Below the pieces are notes generated by a model. That model saw only the letters and a list, made by a program, of their open reading frames with translations, had not been told where the DNA came from and did not search any database. From Octopus vulgaris (lineage: Eukaryota), in NCBI GenBank assembly GCA_951406725.2, contig OX597818.1, positions 77,562,001 to 77,626,000 of the forward strand: a stretch of DNA of 64,000 bases, given 5' to 3'. Below, one piece after another: positions 39,705 to 52,290 of this stretch. The translations under genes were made by a program, and so were the position numbers. Each line of letters starts with the position of its first letter. Position 1 is the first letter of the stretch.

Positions 39705-40875
39705 TCTCTTATTATAAAAGGCAGATTTTATCTGCCTCCCTTGGGAGTTATACAAATCTACAATATAGGATTTCTTCAATTACAATTTACCTAGCAGTTT
39801 TAAGAGTACAATGCATCGCGTCATGCCAGGTCCAGTTTTTAAAATTTAAACTCCAATTAAGCAAAATTTACAGAAAACTCACATTCTGGTGTGTGTGTCA
39901 AATGCTTTTCTTAGTCTGGTTTACACCACACGCAAACGCACACACACAGTGGGCAACGAATAAAATGAAAGTAAATGTAATATTTGTTTCTGTCTATCAC
40001 GCTGATAGATACATGAGTAAAATGTATGGGAAGCTAACAGATAACAGTGAGTGAAAATGTTCTTGGAAGAGAGTAAATTAGCGACAGTGATTTGAGGAAG
40101 ACTAAACTGAAACTATGAAACAGTGTTTATGTATAAACAGACGACACTTATATAAACCCTTTCGTTACCAAACCGCCCGAATTTACCTATTCATATTTAA
40201 ATGAGAATATCAGAGTAAATCCCTTTAGTACATTCGTGAAAACACGTATTATACTTCGTAAACACTTCAAATACAGTTTTGTACAAAAATCGAAGTGTAA
40301 TTTTAATTCCGTGAATTATGGGAGATTTTTTTGCGAAATTTGTTCCTATTGTGTTTTCAAAATTTGTAATTCTGACAAAAAATGGATACGAATTTCATTA
40401 TATCAAGCAGCGAGTCAGAATTCGCAGGATTTTCTACTGAAGACCTTCATAAATCTAACTCTATGACTGAAAAAAAAAAGCATCTTTATATAAGAGTGTA
40501 GTTGTGTGTCTGTCCCCTTCGATTTACATTCGTAATTACTCCCACATTTTGCGGTGCAGTTTAACCAAAAGCGGGTATCTTATAGTCGTGATTCATATCG
40601 AGCCCTTCTGGGTAGCGCGCGTCTACGATGAGTCTACGACTTAAAAAAAATTTACCATCATATTTTTCCATTTTAATGCATTTTTTTCGCTTTTATATAA
40701 GGGAAGTAACTCTCTAAAAATATCTACGATGTGTCAACGATTTAAAAAAAATTTACCTTAATTTTTTTTCAATTTTTAATGCATTTTTTTTTGCTATTTT
40801 TTGGCTATAACTCTCTAAAAATGCTTATATAGTTATTTCCCTTACAACCCGAGCAACGCCGGGCGATACTGCTAG
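39705..40875 (+). mobile_element. Composite Helitron: 5' module, piggyBac-end fragment, 3' module (40483-40875)
   Basis: a|TC at 39705 and 40483; cccgagcaacgccgggcgatactgCTAG|t at 40875; 40156-40420 resembles the left end of the piggyBac element at 42172. Confidence 0.7.
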
Positions 40876-40889
40876 TATATATATATATA

Positions 40890-41263
40890 CACTTTATTTA
40901 AAGCAGCAGAAAATTCAACAAAACCTGTTACTCTGAGTTTCCCGTTGCCGTTTATCAGACAGTTTTTTCTAGGCGGTACTGGCAGTGACCATGCTCAAAA
41001 TGTGTTTTTTGCATGCCACCTGCACAGGAACCAGTCTGGCGGCACTGGCAACGACCATTCTCGAATGTTGTTTTTTATGTGCCACCGGCACATATGCCAG
41101 TATGGCAGCGTTGGCAGTGACCACGCATATATGTGTGTGTGTGTGTGTATGTAAATATAACCGAGTAACAAGTTTTGTTGAATTTCTGCTGCTTTTAAAT
41201 AAAGCATATTACTCTACCCCTGGTATTTGAGTACTTTTTTTCCACCTTGTTTCACATTTATGT

Positions 41264-41267
<4 letters not shown>
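40890..41267. mobile_element. Penelope-like inverted pseudo-LTR pair with a short internal repeat
   Basis: 40890-40972 is the reverse complement of the 17878 family and 41162-41267 is a direct copy; internal ggca(g/a)(t/c)gacca motif occurs three times. Confidence 0.65.
40925..40962 (-). ncRNA. Minimal hammerhead ribozyme motif (second copy of the 17889 family)
   Basis: Minus strand: CUGU [CUGAUAA] ACG-GCAA-CGG [GAAA] CUC-A-GAG [UA] ACAG. Confidence 0.65.
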
Positions 41268-41319
<52 letters not shown>

Positions 41320-41407
41320 AGAGTTTACGAAAAAAAAAAAAAGACAAAGATAGGTGGTGTACAAAACAAGCAGATGTATTAGTATAACGCTCAGGAATAG
41401 CAAAAGT

Positions 41408-41443
41408 CTTTTATGTTTCAAGCCTACGCTCTTCTACAGAAAG
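41408..41443 (-). ncRNA. Degenerate minimal hammerhead-like motif in a third putative Penelope-like fragment (41316-41515)
   Basis: Minus strand: CUUU [CUGUAGA] A GAGC-GUAG-GCUU [GAAA] CA [UA] AAAG; the fragment is bounded by (TA)n on both sides. Confidence 0.45.
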
Positions 41444-41513
41444 GGACACAGAAAACAAGGAGAAAAACAAGGAGAGAAAAAAATGTGTGTAGTGGCTAAC
41501 AATCTATCATGGC

Positions 41514-41581
<68 letters not shown>

Positions 41582-42171
41582 CAGTTGGAATTATTTGATA
41601 ATGAAAATTGTCTGATACAAAAACATATCACGGATATTGGGAATATATTTCTTTGATAAGTACTGAATGAAAGGCATTCCAGACATACATATACAGATTT
41701 AAGATTGGCACATATGACATTTATGACTGTTCACCTCAACTCCTGATTTACAATTTATTAATAACTAACATCATCATCATCACCACCACCACCATCATTG
41801 TAATCATCATCCTCTTCCTCCACTTCCTCTTCACTACCACAACCAGTACCTTCAACCTCATCTTCCTTCTTAACATACTTTAAACTACATTTTTTCTAGA
41901 TTTCATACATTGAACAGCATATCTATAAGATAGTTTAAAATTGTTCTGTCTCTGTTTTAATTTTTCTAGTGTTATGTCTATGATTTTCTTTTCTGGAGTA
42001 ATAATTATTTACACACACACTTTGCTGATATTTTTTGTCAGGTTAAATTGAGGGACTTCGTCCCAAGACACATTGTGAAACTTATAACAGAGTTTTGTAG
42101 TAAAATAACTCTTTTGATACCAACTCATCTGAGGCTGCCCTTGGTTCTGTGATACAAACTTTCTGTTTTAA

Positions 42172-43278
42172 CCCTTTTGTTACCAAGCTGCCCAAAGCAA
42201 AATTTTGGTTAACGTGACCAAACTGCCCAAACCCGCCCAAATTTACCTATTCATATTTAAATGAGAATATCAGAGCAAATCTCTTCAGTACATTCGTGAA
42301 AACAGTGATTATGCTTCGTAAACAGTTCATCTACAGTTTTGTACAACGATCGACGTGTAATTTTAATTCCCTGAATTTTGGGAGATTTTTTTCCACATTT
42401 TTTTCGGCATCGATTTTTCTTCAACTTTGAAAATGGATAGGAGTTTCATGTTATCAAGCATTGATTCCGAATTGGAAAATTTGTGAAGCAAATACTGGGT
42501 ACTGTTGTGGATTTAGTTTTTATACAGGGAAACTAATGTTAGTCAGCATGGCTTAGGGTATGATGTGGTCTGGAAGTTATTGTTTGAAGCGATCAATGCG
42601 GAAACAAACTTACGCAGAATGTAAACAAACATAAAATGGGGGTTCAAATTTCGGAAAATTTGTGAAGCAAATACTGGGTACTGCGTGGATTTAGTTTTTA
42701 TACAGGGAAAATAATGTTAGTCAGCATGGCCTAGGGAATGATGTGGTCTGGAATTTATCACTTCCATACCATAACCAAGGCCGTATATTATTTTTTGACC
42801 GATTTCTTTAGTTCGGTCAAACTTACGGTGGATTCCAGTATTTCACTTTATTCCACCTTTATGGTACACCTGTTGTGCATTAAATTCAACTGATGATATA
42901 GTGATGTGCACAATTCTTCTTTATCAAAATTTTGTTGCATACCGATTTGAATATTAGCTGATGATTCATTTTCTATGGTGATGTTTAAACAAAATTTTAA
43001 TATTTTTACCTTTTGCTCAATTTAAAATTTTAATATTTTTACCTTTTGCTCAATTTACCTGGATTTACCTGTAATTAAAGTCACTTTGAGACAAAAGTTA
43101 TGCAATAGAATTGATTAAGAACCCTTTCTTTAATTATGTTCCAAATATCACATTAATATGTTGATAAGTAAAAAAGTTACAGTTATTTAATGAAACAAGC
43201 CTAGATTCATGATTATTTTAGAATTTAATTGAAACTCATGAGGGGTGTATTTTGGTCAGAAATATAGTAACGAAAGGG
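42172..43278 (+). mobile_element. Internally deleted piggyBac element nested in a piggyBac-type MITE
   Basis: TTAA at 42168-71 and 43279-82; TIR cccttttgttacca / tagtaacgaaaggg; transposase peptides CEANTGYCCGFSF, YTGK, SQHGLGYDVVWKL, LPYHNQGRILFFDRF. Confidence 0.85.
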
Positions 43279-43552
43279 TTAAAGTGATCCAGTCTGAAAC
43301 TTTCCTTGAAAATTTCATGCTTATTCATGTTTCAAACAATAGCTTAATAATGACAAAGTTATTTCACTAAATTCTTCGTTATTTTCAAAATTAATTGAAA
43401 CAAAGTGTAATGTATATCATGACTCATACGCTGTACTCTTTCCTGACACTTGTAAATAATTCTATGTACTATACATGAACCTTTGATAAGTTGTAGTTCA
43501 CCTGAGCACTGTATACGATAATTTTGTTATTGTTCATTATTATATTCTAAAT

Positions 43553-43770
43553 TAGGTGGCAAGTTAGCAGAATCGTTAGCATGCTGGGCGAAATGCTTAG
43601 TGATATTTTGTCTGCCACTACGTACTGAGTTCAAATTCCACCGAGGTTGACTTTGCCTTTCATCCTTTCAGAGTCAATGAAGTGAGTACCAGTTATACAC
43701 TGGGGTTGATATAATTGACTAGCCCCCCCCCCCCAATTCAAAACCTTGTACCTAGAGTAGATATAATTAT
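43553..43770 (+). mobile_element. Nin/Deu-domain SINE
   Basis: gagttcaaattccaccgaggttgactttgcctttcatcctttcagagtcaatgaagtgagtaccag. Confidence 0.8.
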
Positions 43771-45867
43771 TATATTCTTAATTACTATGAATGCAAAAAT
43801 ACATCTTTTCTTTTTATTTCATTCTTGATGAAAACTCGGAACACAAATATGATTCTGTTTGCCTTTGTTCCAAATATTATCAGAATTTTGTTTTGTTTTT
43901 GCTACATTCTTTATTTCTAAGGGAAATCTCATTTCCTAGCAGTACATGAATCATGTTTTACTTTTCTTGATTTCATTATTCCTTGATTTTGAAAGCTTTT
44001 TTTTTAATGTCTACTTTTCTATGCTTGGAAAAGTGAATGAAGAGTTTATTGAGGCAGATTTTCCATGTCAGGATGTCCCTCCTGTTGCCTATCCTCATTT
44101 GTTCCCTACCAAAGTAATATATTCCCATGAGCAGAAATGGTTTCACAGAATATTAAATATGTTGGATATTGATTGCATGACAACACTCATTTACAATTAT
44201 CACATGATGCCAAGACAAGGCTTCTTTCAGTTTTCGTCTCCTAAATCCATTCACAAGGCTTTGAGCAACCCGAGGCTATAGAAAAAAACACTTGCCAAAG
44301 GTGCCAAGGTGCTATGCAGTAGGACTGTTTAACTTGGAACTATGTGGTTTTGCCCTAATAAGGAGAAGTTTTTTCACCCTACCATGGAATGTTGTGAATG
44401 AAATTTATTCTGTTCATATTTTTTTAGACTTTTGTCTGATTACACTTCTACAGAGAGTAGATTATTCTCTACAATGTTCTGATGTTTATACTTTCTTTGT
44501 ATCCTCTCAATGAGATTTTTGTAGTGGTAACATAGTCACTGCTATTTAGATCAGGCAATTGCTTCATGCCTCTGTTTGGTGTGAACTCTACCACTTTAAT
44601 TGCCAGACTCAAAACTCATGCTACATTATGTAGTTTATACTTGAATACAGTTCTCTAAATTTACTAAGCCTTGCAATCATGAGAAAGTGGATGGTAAAAT
44701 GGTGATGATAATGATATTTTGTGAGTGTTTCCTTATTTAGTTTGAGTGACCATCTCCTTTTTTTAAGAACACATCTCTGTATCTTATCTGTTATTCAAAA
44801 AAAGTTCTGGCTGATAGCAAGGAGACACACACATGCAAGTGGCACTTCTTTATATTCACTTTCTACACTGTCAAGGTTGGATGTGTTAATACAGTTCAAG
44901 TCAGTCAGTTTGTTGTTTTTATGGTCCTCATAAATGGGTTAGTGGATGTTCCTTTTTTTGGCATGGCACCCTAACACCAACCCTTTTCCAAAGTATTGTG
45001 TACAGTTTCTTATGGTAATAGAGAAGCACCAGAGAAGAGAGAGAGAGAGAGAGATTTTGTGTATGTGTCCTTGAATTTCCTCTCTTGAGAGGGAGATCTT
45101 TAGTCTTTGTTAAGCTTACTTTGAGGCTCTTAATAGTCAGTTTTGCTTTCATGCCTGTAGTTTCTTCTCAGTCTTCTTAAGTGCAACAATTATTTTTTTT
45201 TCATGGAACCAATGTGATTAGACACTTGAAGGTACACACACCAAATATTAAACCACATGCAATTTATAAATGTTATTCACAATATTATTTATTTTATTTA
45301 AATTTATTGGCTATAAAGATTAAGTAATTTTCAATTTTTAATATATAAACATGGACAGCAATTTTAACACTAATGGGTGGGTGCAGTTACTTATACAAAT
45401 TTAATAGAGACTCAGGCTCTCTTTGCAAAAAGCTGCCCATTATAGACTTTTTGCATTGTTTTCTTTTTGTTTTCCATTTAAAATAAAAAGACAATCTAAG
45501 TTTTATTTGGTCATTTTCTCACTCGGTTAAATTAATCCAGTATGTTAAATTTTGTTGTTGGAGGTAACTTCCCTTGAATTTGTAAGTGGATATACATTGA
45601 AGTAACACATTTAAATAGGATCAACATACTCTGTGTGTGTGTGTGTGTGTAATCTGTGTCATGATGTGTTTTCCACTTCATTATATGTAAATTTTGGGCC
45701 AAACTGACTGAGAGAGAGATGAGGGCAAGGACACAATCAAGGGATAAATAGGAGTCTATTGTGACCAGTGATGTATGAGGATATCTAAGAGTCAGGTCAA
45801 TAGAGTGATATCTGTCTCTATGTTTGTCCCTCTATATCTGTTTGTCTATTCCCCCCGCCCCTCTCTC

Positions 45868-45902
<35 letters not shown>

Positions 45903-46614
45903 GTCTGTCTATCTGTCTATTTATCTATGTATCTGTCTATTTATCTTTCTTTTTTTTTTTCTTTCTTTTTGTTTTTCATTTATACAACTCTACTGCAGAA
46001 TATCAATCATTTGATTGATTTTAAGTTGAAAAACCTGCTTAAAACTTAATTCTGTGTTTGGTGTGTTGAAGTGGTTTGTTGTGGTTGTGCAAGCTGTTTA
46101 ATTTTTATTTACAAATACTTCATTTAGGTCAGAGGCATGAATAACATAGAGCATAGATATCATTTATGCCTGGCATAATTTATTGTACTTGTAATTTCTA
46201 AACAAAATTTTTCAAACAGTTTTTAGCTGAGATGTCAAAGTGACTGACTTCAAAGGTTGTTTGCTTCCCCATTTTCACATATGTGTTCACTCACTCTCAC
46301 AAACACATTTGCATGTGCACATACACCTTCACAAGTACAGGCACACACCCACAAAATAAAAAGTACACGATGTGAATATTTTTTACTTATTAGAATATTT
46401 GAGTTGACTGAGTTCTGTCTACATTGCCAAAAATATACATATAGATCTCTATTTTGGTATGAAGAGATGTAGATTGTCAAGTTCATAATATACAAATTGG
46501 GGGTATATGTATTTGTGCATGTGCTTACATATATTAGTGTGCATATTGTAAAGCCAAAACAATCTAAATTTCTTAATGCTAAAATAGAAGTCTGTATGTA
46601 CCCTATATGAAAAC

Positions 46615-49600
46615 ACGGGCATGGCCGTATGGTTAAGAAGCTCATTTTTGCAACCGCATAGTTTTGAGTTCAGTCCCACTGTGCAGCATGTCAGATAAGT
46701 GTCTTAGACTATCACCTTGGACTGATCAAATCCTTGTAAGTTTGTTGATCAGAAACTGAAAAGAAGCCCATATATTCGTGTGCATGTGGGTTCTTGTCTT
46801 GCCAGCGCACTCTGATTGTCAACAAGCATTACTGTCCTACAAGTGGTGTAGCGTCTTTGCTTTTTTCTGTGGAAATACATCCAGACAAACGCAAAATATT
46901 ACCTTTCTTGGAAACAGATGAAAGCTAATGACAGGAAGAGCGTTTGGCCATAGAAAATCTGCCTCAAAGAACTTTATCTGAACCATGCGAACATTGGGAA
47001 GTATACATTAAACAAGGATTGTATGTGTGTGTAATCTTAAGCTCAATACATTGATGGTAGGTATGTTTGAAAATTTGTTTGAAGCATTGCGATATATGAG
47101 CGAAATAGCAAATTTTGATAAAACCTTATAGCAATGCAAGTGAGAAAGAAAACAAAACAAAATAGAATATGGCATACCAATAAATATGTACAAAATGTGT
47201 AATAAAGCAGAGCTGTTGAGTGTAGAAAGATGAAAGGTTTGTGGTGTGTGATGTTATAGTGCAACCAAATATGTTTATCAAGGCAAGCTGGTAGGTCTAG
47301 AATTTCTTTTGTACTGCTAGGCAGCAATAGCTGTAGAATGAGGCCACAACTTGCATGGAAATCAATTTTTACTCATTAGGAACACAAAAATACACTGTCT
47401 GTTAAGTCTTTTTTTTTTTACAGTAATTGCTAATTGGTTAGTGAAAATTGCGATGACATTGATAGCAGTAGGTACCATCAGCTTTACTCTGCAATTTGGA
47501 TTGTTATTCAAGAGGCAAGGCTGATGGATTGGCAGAATGATTAGAGAGTTGGTGCCTGGTGGTATTTGTGCTGACTATGTTGAGATTTCAAACCTCTCTG
47601 ATGTCAGCTTTGTTTTCCTTCTTTCAGGGTCAATAAAATAAAGTATTAGTCAAACATTGGGGGAAATTAATGTAATCAACTAACTCTCCCCCTCAAAATT
47701 TCCAGCTTTGCATCCAAATCAGAAACAATTATTCAGAAGTTGTAGGTGTGGCCCTGCAGTTAAGTAGTTCACTTTCCAGCCATATGGTTTGAAGTTGAGT
47801 CCCACTGCATAGCACATTGGATAAATGTCTCCTACCACTATAGCCCCAGTTAGCCAAAGCCTTGTGAGTGGATATGGTAGCTGGAAACTGAAAGAAGCCT
47901 GTTATATATATATATATCCTTGTCCAGATGTTACAGGATGGTCGCAAGTGTCACCATTATACAAGTAATGTCTTTTGTTTCCAGTCTTCCACATAAATAT
48001 GTCTGACTTGGAAATTGGTGAGGGTTGGCAACAAGAAGAGCATCTGCCTCCGTGAGTTCCATCTGAGCCTTGAAAGCATGGAAAAATGGATGTTATAATG
48101 ATAACAATGATGACAAGCCTGCATGAGGAGGGTACTCCTAAGAAAATGTTAGATTTAGATTACAAGATACTGTGAATAAGTAAAGTTTGGTTTTTACTTA
48201 TGTCAGTTCTATTTACTACTTCATCATTTATTCTCTTATTGGTGCTGGACATTCACATACCTCAGAAATATTATTTTCAACATCTTGTTATATGGGTATA
48301 AGTGATTGCAATTGGAATTTGCTACATCATCTCCAGTCTGAAGGCTCCTGGCAGAAATAGCAATTGCTGTATCATTTGCTTGCTTCCTCTACTAGCTTCC
48401 TTCAACCCCTGTCAGAAATATTTCAGCACAAATGGGGTGGGGAGCCCAGCTCTTGTTTGATGATCTTCAGTCTTGGAATAGTTATAAGTTTGGCTGTGTT
48501 TAGCATGTTTGTTTTATTCCAAATAGTTACATCATCATTGTTTTAATGTCTACTTTTTCATGCTCGCATGGGTCTGATGGAATTTGTTAAGGCAGATTTT
48601 CTATGTCTGTTTCCAATGTAAAATAATTTTTTCCCCATGGCTGGGCATGTTTTCATGGAAGATTGGAAATGGATACAGCTTGTATGATGGTGACACTCAT
48701 TTACAACAATCATGCTATGTCAAGACAAGAAGACACCAACCCACAAATACACAAACATATACATATATACATAACAGGCCTCTTTCAGTTTCCATCTACT
48801 AAATCTACTCACAAGGCTTTGGGCAGCCCTGAACTGTAATGGAAGACACTTAACCCAAGGTGCCATTTTCTGATCTTTTACCAATTCTTTTTTTCCTACG
48901 TCATATCTTTTCTCTTAAATTAGTTGTTTCAGTAATTAGACTGCGGCCATGCCAGGGCACTGTTTTGAAGAATTTTAGTCGCACTTATCAACTGCATTAT
49001 TTAAAATAACATTTTTTTTTGTAAAGCATGGTACCTATTCTATCAATGTCTTTTTTGTAAAGCATGGTACCTATTCTATCAATGTCTTTTTGCCGAACTG
49101 CTATGTTACAGGAATGTAAAGACATGAACACCAGTTGTCAAGCAGTGGTGGGAGATAAACATATACACAAAGACACACATGCACACACACACACACACAC
49201 AAGCTTCTTTCAATTTCTGTCTACCAAATTCACTTACAAGGCTTTGGCTAACTGGGGCTATGGTAGCAGAAGACAATTTCTCAAGGTGCCACTCAGTGGG
49301 GCTGAACCCAGTACTATATAAGAGGGGAGCAGACTTCTTACTATACAGCCATGCCAGTGGGTATGTGGATATTCTTTTTTTTTTCTCCTGTGAATCATTC
49401 CTTGGATTTGCTACTTTTTATAGAAGTCTGACATATTTATAAAGATTCTGACCTCTACCCATGAACTTTTGTCTTATCTGTTCAAATATTTTCTAATTAT
49501 TTTTAATGTTCTTTGGAGAATTAGATTATTATCCTGCTAACAATGACTGATATACTTTTAAATTGTTCATGATTATTTTAATTTGTATTTCATAATTTTC

Positions 49601-50450
49601 TTTTATTGAGGATTTTTTGGAAATCAAATAAATTAAATAAGATTCATTTTTAATAGTGACTTCATTGGATTTATTTCACAATTTTTTTTAAATACCAAAT
49701 TCTTCAACTGCAAAATAAGTTAGTGATTCTGGTTTAAATTGTCATTATTATTGTGGGTGGATTTGGTCAACAGAAACTGAAAGAAGTTAGGCACAGGTGT
49801 AGCTGTATAGTAAGAAGTTTGCTTTTCTGCCACATGATTTTGGATTTAATCATACTGTGTAGCAGCACCTCATACAATTGTCCTCTACTATAGCCCTGGG
49901 ACAGCCAAAGGCTTGTGAGCAGATTTGGTAGGTGGAAACTGAAAGGAGTCTGTCATACACACAAACAGACACGTGTGTGTGCATGTTACTGTCTCCTTGC
50001 CTTTACATTGTGTAATAACTGTAAGCAAGTGTCTCAGACATAAAAGCAGTGCAATTCATTTCCAATCTTCTGTAAAAATATGTCTGGTCATGGGGAAATA
50101 TTGTCTTTCTAAGAAACAGGTGAAGGTTGACAACAAGAAGGGCAACCTGCTATAGAAAAATTAGCCTCAACAAATTCTGTTCAACCCATGCCAGCATGGA
50201 AAAGTGGATGTTAAAACAATGATGATGATGATGATTCAAGGCAGTACACTGGCAAAATTATTACTGCACCAGCCAAAATGCTTAACAGTATTTGTCTTCA
50301 CTCTTTACATTCTGAGTTCAAATGCTGACAGGATCAGTTTTACTTTTCATCCTTTTCAGGTTAATAAAATATGTACCAGTCAAGTACTGAGGTTAATGTA
50401 ATCGACTTCCTCCTGCTCTCAAAATTACTGGCTTTTTGCCAAAATGAGAA
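46615..50450. mobile_element. Cluster of SINEs in both orientations (+ ~46615, ~47515, ~47742, ~49790, ~50238; - ~48530, ~48920)
   Basis: Recurrent head/CORE, RTE-like tail and Nin motifs matching other copies in the window. Confidence 0.7.
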
Positions 50451-51403
50451 AAAAAAAAATCATTATTATTTCAAGATATTGCCTACCAACATAATATTTT
50501 CTTCCACTTCCCACTGCTGCTATCAATAGTGGTACCGTAGAACTAGAGCAGTGAATTGATTGAGGCTTTAGAACATCGAACAAAATGTCTTGTATTTGTT
50601 CTTAGTCTTTCCTCTCTCTGAGTTCAGATCCCACCAAGGTCAACTCTGTCTTTCATCCTTTCATTGTCAATAAAAATGGTACTAATTTAGAGGAGTTGAT
50701 TGGTTCAAATTGTTCTATAGCTTACTGGGATGGTTGGCTTAATTCATCACTATCTGGCACAACATCACCATCTGGTACTTTTGGTATTTTGGGGAGAGTC
50801 CACTCTTTTATGAGCATTCAGGGCAACTCTCCACTTAGATGATACCTTTTTCTTTTAGAGACCCTGTGAAGGGTCATGGGTATATCTGAATAAAAAAGAA
50901 AAAAGAAAAAAAGCACATAAAAATTGCTAATGAAATTAGAATTGAAGCAACTTAAATGCTTTATTATACACTGATTCTTTCTGAACATTTCTCATTGATA
51001 ATTATTTTGATAAACCCTGATGTAAATATCATTTTTTTCAAAAAGACCCCTGCTAAACACCACTCTCAACCCTCCTCTACTTTACCATTGCATATACAGT
51101 CTTCAAATTGTAAAAATATTTATGATTATTTCAGACCAACTAAACAACTTGCTTGTGATGGTGTTCCTTTCATTCTTTCTAAGTAGTTTATTCAAGGGCT
51201 ATTGCTTGTCCTCAGTAAACTCTTCAAGTGTCTTCTCTTTCTCTCTTTGTGATTATAGTCACATGTAATAGTATATTCAATATGCAAAGATGTCAGTCCC
51301 TCTGTTCCTATCAATTACCAACCTATCAGTTTCACTTTTGACATATCAAATGTTATGAAAGTAATCATAACCCTCTCCTCCATTACTTTCAGTGGTGGAG
51401 GTC

Positions 51404-51754
51404 TGAGGGAAGAGCCAACCAAATATGAATAGAAGATATGTTTGTCAATGTTAAGTAGCAGTCTCAATGAACACTTTTGATCTATGATATCCAAGGGGTC
51501 CATTAGAAGGATCCATTGAAGGGTTTATGTCAGGCATAGTCAAAGGCAACAACATTGTTTTTGCTATATTAAGTAAAGCCATTTCTACTGGAGACTATTT
51601 TTCCATATCACACCAATGAAAGTCAAGAAAGTCAACCACTAATGGATGCTTGCTTTCCCTTTGAGCTCATAGATCAGAAGTGTTCATTGAGACTGCTACT
51701 TAACATTGATAAGCTTCTTCTTCTTCTACTCATATTTGGTCGACTCCGCCCTCA
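51404..51754. repeat. Inverted repeat, ~95 bp arms, ~160 bp spacer
   Basis: tcaatgttaagtagcagtctcaatgaacacttttgatctatga versus tcatagatcagaagtgttcattgagactgctacttaacattga. Confidence 0.85.
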
Positions 51755-51899
51755 TATTCTATATTCTTCTTACTATAAATTAGCAATCTTCTAACTTCAC
51801 ACTTATGTAGATAATACTACTCTTCACTCCTTAGAAATTCCCTACACAACTATCATGTACACAAACCTAGACATTCCACACCAGACTTGTGCATCTTTT

Positions 51900-52290
51900 A
51901 TGTACAGAAACCTCAAGAATATCCTCCAATGGAAATATGAGAAGCTATACGATAGTCTAGTCTCTTTCAAATCACAGCAAGACACAATGACTATGCATAT
52001 CACGGAAACAATCTTGCAAAGCTACGCCTTCCCTACTTATAAACAATACACAGCTAAAACAGTAAAACTGTCTATAAATGTTAAACCTCATCTTTCATAG
52101 TGACCAAACATGCATAACATCAACAAAATTGCATTTCAAAGGCTAGGCTTCCTCTTTACAGCCGGATAGTACTTCAACTGCTGATCCTCCACAAAGCTCA
52201 AGTGTGGCTAACATTGAACATACTGTTCACACATTAACATCCTTGACTACATAAAAATAAATCCACCTAGCTGGGTCAAAAAAATTATTC
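51900..52290 (+). pseudogene. Highly degenerate L2/Jockey-group LINE remnant
   Basis: KIAFQRLGFLFTA and LLILHKAQVW..(E)YCSH resemble post-RT LINE motifs. Confidence 0.4.

Noticed and set aside
42042-42095. Possible upstream PDZ exon (VKLRDFVPRHIVKLITE)
   Set aside because: Lacks the VNG/NH motifs and a good donor; a similar start occurs at ~20383, suggesting a repeat.
49015-49090. Short direct duplication (gtaaagcatggtacctattctatcaatgtcttttt x2)
   Set aside because: Ordinary slippage between T runs inside a SINE.
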